Below are positions 8,815-16,337 of a DNA stretch of 64,000 bases, piece by piece. This stretch comes from an uncultured Coriobacteriaceae bacterium (GTDB lineage: Bacteria; Actinomycetota; Coriobacteriia; Anaerosomatales; CAZWGV01): contig CAZWGV010000001.1 of assembly GCA_964633595.1 (NCBI GenBank), positions 33,083 through 97,082 of the forward strand, in the 5' to 3' direction. The notes below the pieces were generated by a model, which had not been told where the DNA came from, searched no databases, and saw nothing but the letters and a program-made list of their open reading frames with translations. The position numbers and the translations under genes are program-made. The first letter of the stretch is position 1. Each line of letters starts with the position of its first letter.

Positions 8815-9924
8815 ATGAAGAAGACCTTGTTCGTAACCATCCTGGCCACAGTATTCGTGCTCGCCTTCGCATCGAGCGCGTTTGCCGGGAAGTCGTCCGT
8901 GATGGTTCGCTCGGGTGACACGACCGTGACCGCGCCGATCGCGACGTACAACGACTGGTCCGGTACGTCCACCACGACCGCATTCGCGAACTTCCCCGGC
9001 AACGCTGGATCGACCTCACCGCACGGCGGATACGCCACTGCGACGGTGAAGTGCGCCGTTTGTCACGCGGCTCACGTGGCGGCTCCCTCGGGTGACACCC
9101 TGCTGCGTATGAAGGCCTCGGACTCGTGCGTCTACTGCCATGTAGCTACTGGTTCGAGCGTCCCTGGTGCGGTGGTGTACGGCGGTGACGCTGCCATCGC
9201 AACGGCGTCCGGCGACGATCACCACACCATCGGTAGCAACTGCAGCATCTGCCATGCGTCGGTTCACGGATCGAATGCGATCAAGAACATCCCGTCGCTA
9301 ACGGGCGTCCTTCTGAAGTCGGATTCGAACAACACCGCCGTGGATCTGCCAGCTATGGCGAACTTGCTCGACACGAGCGGGGCGCTGGCCACACGTCTGA
9401 CGACCGTGAACGACACGGCCACCCGTCGGGCAGCCATCGGCATCTGGTGCGGTACGTGCCATAACAATGCGTACTTCGTAACGAAGGCCAGCCAGAACGC
9501 GGCCTTCCAGTGGTCCTCCGGCACTGGCTGGACGTTGCGTACCGGCAGTGCTGCCAGGACGGGTCACCGGGTTGAAGCGGTGGCCAATGACGACTGGAAC
9601 GTAGGCAACAGCGTCTCCTCCAGCACTAAGGTGACCGGTCGCGTGGCCTGGGCACCTGCGACCGATTGCTGGTCGTGTCACGATGCCAAGAACGGTCTCA
9701 CTGGCGCATCTGAGGCTCCGGGCTTCCCGCACTACTCCCCCGGCGCCGGAAGGTTCCTCACCGCGGCTGGTGACGTCACTGGGCCCAAGACCAACGTTGG
9801 CGCTGTGACGTACGCTGCTGGTGGCGGAGACGGTGGACACTTGCGCTACTACACGCTGAAGGATGGCGTGTGCCTGAAGTGCCACAAGGGTTCGGCAACG
9901 ACAGGTGTGGGCTACAACTACTAG
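8815..9924 (+). CDS. secreted hexahaem c-type cytochrome
   Basis: ATG 8815 is preceded by GGAGG. Sec signal MKKTLFVTILATVFVLAFASSAFA/GK. Six CxxCH sites: CAVCH, CVYCH, CSICH, CGTCH, CWSCH, CLKCH. Eight additional His are available as distal ligands. The sequence is Gly/Thr/Ser/Ala-rich. Confidence 0.9.
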   Translation: MKKTLFVTILATVFVLAFASSAFAGKSSVMVRSGDTTVTAPIATYNDWSGTSTTTAFANFPGNAGSTSPHGGYATATVKCAVCHAAHVAAPSGDTLLRMKASDSCVYCHVATGSSVPGAVVYGGDAAIATASGDDHHTIGSNCSICHASVHGSNAIKNIPSLTGVLLKSDSNNTAVDLPAMANLLDTSGALATRLTTVNDTATRRAAIGIWCGTCHNNAYFVTKASQNAAFQWSSGTGWTLRTGSAARTGHRVEAVANDDWNVGNSVSSSTKVTGRVAWAPATDCWSCHDAKNGLTGASEAPGFPHYSPGAGRFLTAAGDVTGPKTNVGAVTYAAGGGDGGHLRYYTLKDGVCLKCHKGSATTGVGYNY

Positions 9925-9962
9925 TATCCGAGACTGACGGCCTTTGGCCGAACTGATGGCTA

Positions 9963-9990
9963 CAGGGCCGGCTCTCGAGAGCCGGCCCTG
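9963..9990 (+). terminator. perfect GC-rich palindromic hairpin downstream of the hexahaem gene
   Basis: cagggccggctctcgagagccggccctg is a 13-bp perfect inverted repeat lying 39 nt after the stop. There is no clear T-tract, which is common in high-GC genomes. Confidence 0.55.
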
Positions 9991-10144
9991 TGCGCATGCA
10001 CAGGCCCCGGCTTCGGTCTCGCCTGGTGTCGATGTACGCGGGATCGGTCGAACTGTGTCACGTGGTCAACGTGCGCACTGGCTGGGAACATATGGTATGG
10101 CGTCACCGGCCTGACCGGCGGCCTATCCTGAGGAAACCGAGACG

Positions 10145-11113
10145 GTGCAGCGACACTTCTACATCGGGCTCACCCGGTTGCTCCCCGTGGGGCTTGCCGT
10201 GGCAGCACTCGTTGCGCTTTTCGCTGTGGGCGTGACGGCAGCTACGCTGCCCGCCTGCACCTCTTGCCACGGGTCCGACCCGCTTGCCGAAGAGACCGAG
10301 GCCAGCAGCCACTCCGAGATACGGTGTGTTCGATGCCATGTCGCACCGGGGGTGGCGTCTCGCCTGACCTTCGGCTCGAGGCAGCTGTTTGGAATGACGC
10401 TCAGATTCGTGCCAGTTGGGGGGAGGGCGATCGCGAGCGTTCCGGACGCGACTTGCCTCTCATGCCACGAGCAAGTGCTCGGTGAGGTCTCGAGCTCGAA
10501 GGGCCTCAGGATCGCGCACGTCACATGCGCTGTGGGGCGTACCTGCGGTGACTGCCACTCCGGCACTGCGCATGGGTCTGCTGTCGCCTGGCTCAGGATC
10601 GCCGAGATGGAGAAGTGCCTCGAGTGTCATGGGACGGGCGAAGTATCCGCTGACTGCGGCAAGTGCCACGACCCCAGGACGCAGCGAGAACGTCTCGGCG
10701 TAGGCGCGTGGCGCGTCACACACGGGGCCGAGTGGGAGACCACTCACGGCATGGGCAACTCGGACACGTGCGCAGCGTGCCATCCCAGTAACTACTGCGC
10801 TCGCTGCCACGGCATCGATCTCCCCCATGAAGCCGGTTTCCTCGAGAGCCACGGGCAGACCGCGAAGGAGTCGCCGAGTTCGTGCGGCACGTGTCATCGC
10901 CGGAACTTCTGCGACGATTGCCATGGTCTCGAGATGCCTCACCCGGCGGAGTTCACGCCTGCTCACTCTGCTATTGCCAGCGGGACTGCGGATGTCGTCT
11001 GCGCCACCTGTCACGTCGCCAGTGACTGCAGCGGCTGCCATGTGAAGCATGTCCACCCGGGCGGAGCTATCGGAGGCGCTCCCGCCGGGACTCTCCCCGG
11101 GGGCGGTCTGTGA
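10145..11113 (+). CDS. membrane-anchored dodecahaem c-type cytochrome (NapC/NirT/NrfH-like N-terminal module)
   Basis: GTG start. N-terminal TM LLPVGLAVAALVALFAVGV. Twelve CxxCH sites in 322 aa: CTSCH, CVRCH, CLSCH, CGDCH, CLECH, CGKCH, CAACH, CARCH, CGTCH, CDDCH, CATCH, CSGCH. Confidence 0.9.
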   Translation: MQRHFYIGLTRLLPVGLAVAALVALFAVGVTAATLPACTSCHGSDPLAEETEASSHSEIRCVRCHVAPGVASRLTFGSRQLFGMTLRFVPVGGRAIASVPDATCLSCHEQVLGEVSSSKGLRIAHVTCAVGRTCGDCHSGTAHGSAVAWLRIAEMEKCLECHGTGEVSADCGKCHDPRTQRERLGVGAWRVTHGAEWETTHGMGNSDTCAACHPSNYCARCHGIDLPHEAGFLESHGQTAKESPSSCGTCHRRNFCDDCHGLEMPHPAEFTPAHSAIASGTADVVCATCHVASDCSGCHVKHVHPGGAIGGAPAGTLPGGGL

Positions 11114-12324
11114 TGATCGCTGCCCAAGTTGCGGACATCTCGCAAGTACTCCAGTCGATCCCGGAGATCATTCGTGATCCCGGGGCCGACCCGCGAGCCA
11201 CGGCCGCCCTGCTGGTGGCTGCGGTACTAGTGGCACTCATCATCGCTGTGACCGTGGCTCTGCTCCTTGTTGGCCCATCCGACCAGGAGGAAGAGGGGGC
11301 TGAGGGGGGTGAGATAAGCGAGGAAGACGAAGTGGGCGGATCTCCCGCGCCAGGGGCCGAGGGGCGGCCACGAACTCCCGCCCGGACCAGAATCGTTGGC
11401 ATTGCCGTAGTGGTGACGCTGCTCGCGGTGGTGGCCTGGGCCGCAACCGGGATCGCAACAGGCACGCGGTCGGTGTGCTTGTCGTGCCACGAGAGCAATC
11501 CGCACGCGGGTTCCGCTGCCGTAGACCCCCACGCGGACGTGGCCTGCGTTCGGTGCCACGAAGTCGGGGACGCGGTGACCCTCGCCGTGTTCACGCTCCC
11601 CGATAGAGCCGCCCACTTCCTGGCTGGTGTGAGCGAGACGGGGGCGGCCGCTGGTTACGGGCACCCGATCTCATCACTGGCATGCGAGGCCTGCCACGAG
11701 GGTTCCTTGGACAGCCCGTCGACGAGCGAGCGCACAGGGGTGCGCATGTCGCACGCGGAGCCGCTGGACGCGGGGTCGGAGTGTATCGATTGCCATGCTC
11801 TAAGGTCGGGAGTCGTGTCGTTAGCGAATGTCGGCATGACACCGTGTCTACGCTGTCACGATGGAGTAGCTGCCTCGGCGGAGTGCGAGACGTGTCACAC
11901 CAGAGACCCGTCGCTGGCCATCGCTTCAACCGAGCCAACGGCGGGCACTCTCGCCAAGGTTCAAGTGCCCCTGCCGCAGTGCGATGGATGCCACGTTCAG
12001 GAAGAGGAGGGGTGCGACGACTGCCACGGGATTAGGCTGCCGCACACGCGCGAGTTCGTTCAGTACGCGCACGCGCGGCCAGCGGTCATCGATATCTGGG
12101 ACGGGGGAGGCATCGCATGCGTCAGGTGTCACTACCCAGGTCGTCGAGACTGCAGTGAGTGCCACGACCCCTTCCCCTCTCACGGGTACTCTTGGGAGAC
12201 CGAGCACGGCATCGGAGTACGTTTCACTGCCGAGTGCGGCTGTCATAAGTTCAAGGCATACGCCGCCGAGAGGCAGTTCTGCGAGATCTGTCACGACACC
12301 GAGCCTCCAGGCACGCTCCGCTAG
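11110..12324 (+). CDS. membrane-anchored undecahaem c-type cytochrome (paralogue of the preceding gene)
   Basis: The start (GTG 11110 or ATG 11113) overlaps the preceding stop. Two TM helices flank an acidic low-complexity loop. Eleven CxxCH sites: CLSCH, CVRCH, CEACH, CIDCH, CLRCH, CETCH, CDGCH, CDDCH, CVRCH, CSECH, CEICH. Confidence 0.9.
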   Translation: MMIAAQVADISQVLQSIPEIIRDPGADPRATAALLVAAVLVALIIAVTVALLLVGPSDQEEEGAEGGEISEEDEVGGSPAPGAEGRPRTPARTRIVGIAVVVTLLAVVAWAATGIATGTRSVCLSCHESNPHAGSAAVDPHADVACVRCHEVGDAVTLAVFTLPDRAAHFLAGVSETGAAAGYGHPISSLACEACHEGSLDSPSTSERTGVRMSHAEPLDAGSECIDCHALRSGVVSLANVGMTPCLRCHDGVAASAECETCHTRDPSLAIASTEPTAGTLAKVQVPLPQCDGCHVQEEEGCDDCHGIRLPHTREFVQYAHARPAVIDIWDGGGIACVRCHYPGRRDCSECHDPFPSHGYSWETEHGIGVRFTAECGCHKFKAYAAERQFCEICHDTEPPGTLR

Positions 12325-12472
12325 GGTGCGGGTGACGCTCGGCCAGGGCGTCCGGACCTGCATCCCAAACGGCACACCGTCGCCGCCTGGCGCCCGGTCG
12401 CGGTGGTAGTGCCTCGGGTTCGTCGGGAATGGATGCCTCGGCGAACGACACGGCCGAGGGAGGTTGGACCTG

Positions 12473-13231
12473 ATGGCGGAGGTTGAGGCAAGGTTTCGCA
12501 GACTTCGTCTCTACAACGTGGTGATGGGGTTGTTCCACGCGGCGCAAGGTGTCGCGATCCTCGCGCTCGCGACAGACTTCACGCTGCCGGTGACCGCGAG
12601 CTTCCTGGAGGGCCCGCCGGGTACACCCGCCGAAACTACCGTGCTCTTCGACCTGAGCATCGCCTGGGGCGTCGCGGCGTTCGTGTTCCTTTCGGCGATA
12701 GCGCACTTCCTAATCGCCTCCCCGGGTGTGTTCGGCTGGTACGTTGCCAACTTGCGGCGGAACCGCAACTACGCGCGCTGGATCGAGTACTCGCTGAGCT
12801 CGTCGGTCATGGTGGTGCTAATAGCGCTGCTGCCGGGCATTTCGGATGTCGCCGCCCTGGCTGCCATCTTCGGCGTCAACGCCTCCATGATCCTGTTCGG
12901 GCTGCTGCAGGAGCACTACGAGGATCCGGGCAGCGGTCACTGGCTGCCCTTCTTCTTCGGCTGTATTGCAGGGCTGGTGCCGTGGATAGGGGTCGGTATC
13001 TACATGTGGAGCCCGACGACCGATGCCACGCCGCCCGAGTTCGTGATCGCGATCTTCGTGAGCATCTTCCTGTTCTTCAACAGCTTCGCGCTCAACCAGT
13101 GGCTCCAGTACAAGCGCGTGGGACCGTGGCGCGACTATCTGTTCGGCGAGAGTACCTACATCCTGCTGAGCCTTGTAGCGAAGTCCGCTCTCGCGTGGCA
13201 GGTGTTTGGCGGAACGCTGACGCCCCAGTAG
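12473..13231 (+). CDS. heliorhodopsin (7-TM retinal protein)
   Basis: Long near-identical blocks to the prototype heliorhodopsin 48C12 as I recall it: FHAAQG.AILALA.DF, WIEYSLSSSVMVVLIA (counter-ion Glu), IFGVNASMILFG, FFGCIAGLVPWIG, LFFNSFAL, YILLSLVAKSALAWQ (Schiff-base Lys). ATG 12473 sits about 9 nt after GAGGGAGG; the ORF track opens at TTG 12464. Confidence 0.9.
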   Translation: MAEVEARFRRLRLYNVVMGLFHAAQGVAILALATDFTLPVTASFLEGPPGTPAETTVLFDLSIAWGVAAFVFLSAIAHFLIASPGVFGWYVANLRRNRNYARWIEYSLSSSVMVVLIALLPGISDVAALAAIFGVNASMILFGLLQEHYEDPGSGHWLPFFFGCIAGLVPWIGVGIYMWSPTTDATPPEFVIAIFVSIFLFFNSFALNQWLQYKRVGPWRDYLFGESTYILLSLVAKSALAWQVFGGTLTPQ

Positions 13232-13261
13232 AGCCGCAGGGCAACCTGTGAGGAGGTTCTC

Positions 13262-13654
13262 ATGGCGACGAAGGGCGTGAAGAACCCCGACCTGATACCC
13301 CTCTTCAAGAGCGCCAAGAAGCTCCTGGAACCCTACGCGAAGCGTCTCTCGGTTCGGCGGGACGAGCCAGGCTACTACGACCTCTGGTCGGACAAGGAGG
13401 TAGAGATCGCGGGGCGCAAGCGCAAGGACGTCTTCTTCGCGAGCCTGATCATCCAGAAGAGCTACGTCGGCTTCTACTACATGCCGGTATACACGCACCA
13501 GGAGGCCAGGGAGTTCTTCGGCCCCGAGTTGCTCGCGCTGCTCAAGGGCAAGTCCTGCTTCTACCTGAAGGAGCTCACGCCCGAGATCCGTCGTCAGATG
13601 ACGCGCGCCTTGAAGGAGGGGTTCAACCTCTACAAAGAGCGCGGTTGGGTCTAG
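13262..13654 (+). CDS. small soluble protein, DUF1801/YdhG-like (tentative)
   Basis: 130-aa ORF starting 30 nt after the heliorhodopsin stop, with GAGGAGG as RBS. VFFASLIIQKSYVGFYYMPVY resembles the DUF1801 core. The family assignment comes from memory only. Confidence 0.45.
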   Translation: MATKGVKNPDLIPLFKSAKKLLEPYAKRLSVRRDEPGYYDLWSDKEVEIAGRKRKDVFFASLIIQKSYVGFYYMPVYTHQEAREFFGPELLALLKGKSCFYLKELTPEIRRQMTRALKEGFNLYKERGWV

Positions 13655-13666
13655 GCCCGTCCCCGC

Positions 13667-14443
13667 CTACTCAGCGTAGATGGTTCCCTCGGGCGCACCA
13701 CCGCTGCACGCGATCGTGTACTGCCCCGGCTCGAGAGCCGGGAGCTTGACGGTGCCACCATTCGTGATGTCTTGGGTGATGCCGAGGTCGGGGAAGACCA
13801 CGCCAACACGGCACTCCGTGCCCGGGCCGAAGACGATCTCAACTGGCACGCCGCTCTTCACGCGTATGAGGTTGGGCCGAAAGCCCCCTTCGTCGACTAT
13901 CTCGATGCGCTGCACCTTGCCGTCCGCCGACAGCTTGGCGGCGGTGGCATCTTCGCGAGCAGGCGCAACGTAGCCCACCTCCACCAGCTTCTTCCTGATG
14001 GGCTCGGGATTGATGGACGCCGAGTCGTACGCGACGGTGAGCTCGAGCGTTGATGTATCGAGGGAGGCCTTCCCGATTCCCACGAGCTGCGTGAGCGCCT
14101 CGAACATGTGAGTCGCCTCATGGGCGGCGTCGCCGTTCTCTATGAGTCGCGTCTGGAATGTCGTCTCCGAATCGGTCGAGACGACCGCGATGGTCTGCGT
14201 GATCACGTTGTCGGCAGTTGTCCGCTCGCCAGGCTGCGACGAGAGCAGCTGGGGGACGGTGAAGGCGGCCACAAGCAGCGCGATGGCGCCGAAGATGACG
14301 TGCTTCGGCTTGATGCGCGGAGCGGGGGGTGGCTCCTCGACGCCCGTCGGCTCCTCAGCGGCCTGCTCCTCGGTGACCTGCTCCTCGACGCCCGTCGGCT
14401 TCTCAGCGGCCTGCTCCTCGGTGATCTCGTTCTCGTCGACCAT
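13667..14443 (-). CDS. membrane-anchored protein with HMA-like (no CxxC) and C-terminal cupredoxin-like domains
   Basis: ATG 14443 with AGGAG RBS; the longer 367-aa ORF would overlap azlC. Acidic 16-aa tandem repeat, TM helix HVIFGAIALLVAAFTV, then a beta-rich C-terminus (RIEIVDEGGFRPNLIRVKSGVPVEIVF...GQYTIACSGGAPEGTIYAE) typical of cupredoxin_1-type domains. Confidence 0.6.
   Translation of the reverse strand: MVDENEITEEQAAEKPTGVEEQVTEEQAAEEPTGVEEPPPAPRIKPKHVIFGAIALLVAAFTVPQLLSSQPGERTTADNVITQTIAVVSTDSETTFQTRLIENGDAAHEATHMFEALTQLVGIGKASLDTSTLELTVAYDSASINPEPIRKKLVEVGYVAPAREDATAAKLSADGKVQRIEIVDEGGFRPNLIRVKSGVPVEIVFGPGTECRVGVVFPDLGITQDITNGGTVKLPALEPGQYTIACSGGAPEGTIYAE
14333..14428. repeat. 48-bp in-frame tandem duplication (2 copies, about 3 mismatches)
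   Basis: ctcctcgacgcccgtcggct[c/t]ctcagcggcctgctcctcggtga[c/t]ct.. occurs at 14333-14380 and 14381-14428. It encodes EEQAAE(K/E)PTGVEE.. in the cupredoxin-domain gene. Confidence 0.85.
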
Positions 14444-14657
14444 GCTCACTCCTGATCGCCTGCTATGCGTTGGGCTATCTCGACGTGCCCTCTTGGGGCA
14501 GTTGAGCATGGAGTATGGCATATCCCCGCCCGGTTGCGGGGGAAGTGCCTGTGTCACCGGACCGCTCGCACATGTGCGACCATGACCGATACCCGCCGTA
14601 TCCGGCAGACTTGGCTTGGTGGAGCGCCTCACTTGTGGAGGACCTGGGAGAGCCGTG

Positions 14658-15347
14658 ATGGGTCGAAAGCGTGCCAGCTTCCTCGCAGGGATGCGGGACA
14701 TCGCCCCGCTCGTGCCGGCTGGCATCGCCGTGGGGCTGGTTGTGGGAGCCGCAGTTGCCGAGGTAGGCATGGGCCTGCCCGAGTCGGTGGGGATGTCGGT
14801 ATTCGTTTACGGGGCGTCCGCCCAGCTCGCGGCGACCCTCCTGTGGGGCCAAGGCGCTCCGCTCCTGGTCACGGTCGGCACGGCCCTAGTGATCAACGCT
14901 CGGTTCTTCATCTACAGCGCGTCGCTTGCGCCGCTGCTCGATCCGCCGACGACACGTTCGGCTGTCGCGCAGGGCTACTTGATCCGTGATGCGGCATACG
15001 CGGCCACAGTCTCGCGTGCCCTGCGCGATCCGGAGATGGACAAGACTGCCTACTACACTGGGGCGTCACTGCTCGACTGGCTGGTCTGGCTCGTGGGAAC
15101 CTCGGCGGGCGCGCTTGGCGCCTCTTTGCTGCCGGCGTCGTGGTCGCTCGACTTCATGGTGCCCCTGGTTTTCGTTGGTCTGCTCGTGGGCGCGGTTCAC
15201 GGTCGCGCTTCTGCCGAGGCGGCGGTTGTGGCCGCTGTCGGCTCCACGATCCTGGTTCCACTCCTGCCGATGAGAGCGGGTCTTCTCGCGGCGATCGCAC
15301 TAGGCATGGTCTGGGGCTTCGTAAGGCAGGAGGAGGTCGGACGTTGA
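14658..15347 (+). CDS. azlC: AzlC family branched-chain amino acid transport protein
   Basis: Polytopic membrane ORF with the N-terminal FLAGMRDIAPLVPAGIAVGLVVG pattern typical of AzlC, followed by a coupled azlD. The start is uncertain (14616 or 14658). Confidence 0.7.
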   Translation: MGRKRASFLAGMRDIAPLVPAGIAVGLVVGAAVAEVGMGLPESVGMSVFVYGASAQLAATLLWGQGAPLLVTVGTALVINARFFIYSASLAPLLDPPTTRSAVAQGYLIRDAAYAATVSRALRDPEMDKTAYYTGASLLDWLVWLVGTSAGALGASLLPASWSLDFMVPLVFVGLLVGAVHGRASAEAAVVAAVGSTILVPLLPMRAGLLAAIALGMVWGFVRQEEVGR

Positions 15348-15667
15348 GCAGCGGGTCCTTCTGGCTCGTCATCGCTCTGGCTGGCTCTGGAACGCTGGCG
15401 ATGCGCCTGGTGCCCTTCCTGGCCCATGGCCGAGTAGCACTTCCGAGTCGTGTGCAGAGACTTCTGGGAACCGTGCCGGCCGCCGCGGTGGCGGCGCTGG
15501 CCGTTCCGGGCTCGGTCATTGTCGGTGCCGGTGAAGGATATGTCGTGGAGCCCGAGCGAGTTGTTGCGGCGGCAGTTGCACTGCTGGTGGCGATCAGGAC
15601 CAAGAACTTCCTGGTCACGCTCGCCGTCGGGATGACAGTCCTGTGGGTACTGCGGGCGGTCTCCTGA
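15344..15667 (+). CDS. azlD: AzlD family branched-chain amino acid transport protein
   Basis: TTG 15344 overlaps the azlC stop (TTGA). 107-aa hydrophobic protein (FWLVIALAGSGTLAMRLVPFL...). The upstream part of ORF 15140..15667 overlaps azlC and was rejected. Confidence 0.65.
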   Translation: MSSGSFWLVIALAGSGTLAMRLVPFLAHGRVALPSRVQRLLGTVPAAAVAALAVPGSVIVGAGEGYVVEPERVVAAAVALLVAIRTKNFLVTLAVGMTVLWVLRAVS

Positions 15668-15725
15668 AGGCGGTATCCTGCTCGGCAACTACGTGTTGCC
15701 CGGCTTGCGTGAAGGGAGGGTCCGG

Positions 15726-16337
15726 ATGGCAGAAGGCGCGCTAGACGCTGCTCGGCAGCTCGCCTCGGCCATAGCGCCTGGCAAGGCCGCCGAGAGAGCT
15801 GGGTGTGTCTTCGAGGGCGACGAGGAGGCGGGAGTCTTCCGCGTCGGCTTTCTTGGCGAAGAGGTCAGTGTTACCTACCCCGAGTTCGAGGTGATGGGGG
15901 GCGCCGGTCCCATCCCACCTCATGTGGCGGCGCTGCTCGTCTACTACCTGGGGACGACTGACGGGACTGCTCCTGAGGGGCGCTGGGTGTCCTTCGCCGA
16001 GCTGCCAGACGGCAGCTTCTACTCGCGAGCGTTCCGGGGCTACACCGGCGAGCTTCTGGCGGCGCGGTTTGGCGACGACTTCCCAGCGCTCGGAGCGGCG
16101 GCGGCCACGCTAGGTGGCGCGGAGCTAGCAGGACTGGCAGACGCGGCTTGGAGGCTCGTGGCTCTCCCGCGCGTGCCGCTAGCTGTGCTGTGGTGGGCAA
16201 GCGACGAGGAGTTCCCCGCTCGCGCGGACATCCTCTTCGACTCATCAGCTACGCGACATCTGCCGCTGGATGGGTGCGCCGTGCTCGGGTCTTGGGTGAC
16301 CGCGAGGCTGGCGAGAGCGCACGCCGGGCAAGCGTGA
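15726..16337 (+). CDS. DUF3786 domain protein
   Basis: ATG 15726 follows GGGAGGG. GRWVSFAELPDGSFYSRAF and LWWASDEEFPARADILFDSSATRHLPLDG match the DUF3786 pattern as I remember it. This family is often near Wood-Ljungdahl/corrinoid genes. Confidence 0.55.
   Translation: MAEGALDAARQLASAIAPGKAAERAGCVFEGDEEAGVFRVGFLGEEVSVTYPEFEVMGGAGPIPPHVAALLVYYLGTTDGTAPEGRWVSFAELPDGSFYSRAFRGYTGELLAARFGDDFPALGAAAATLGGAELAGLADAAWRLVALPRVPLAVLWWASDEEFPARADILFDSSATRHLPLDGCAVLGSWVTARLARAHAGQA

Noticed and set aside
12235-12246. CGCH (CxCH) in the 11-haem cytochrome as a possible 12th, non-canonical haem site.
   Set aside because: One-residue-spacer sites are very rare and would need a dedicated lyase. There is no supporting evidence here. 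The protein is counted as 11 haems.
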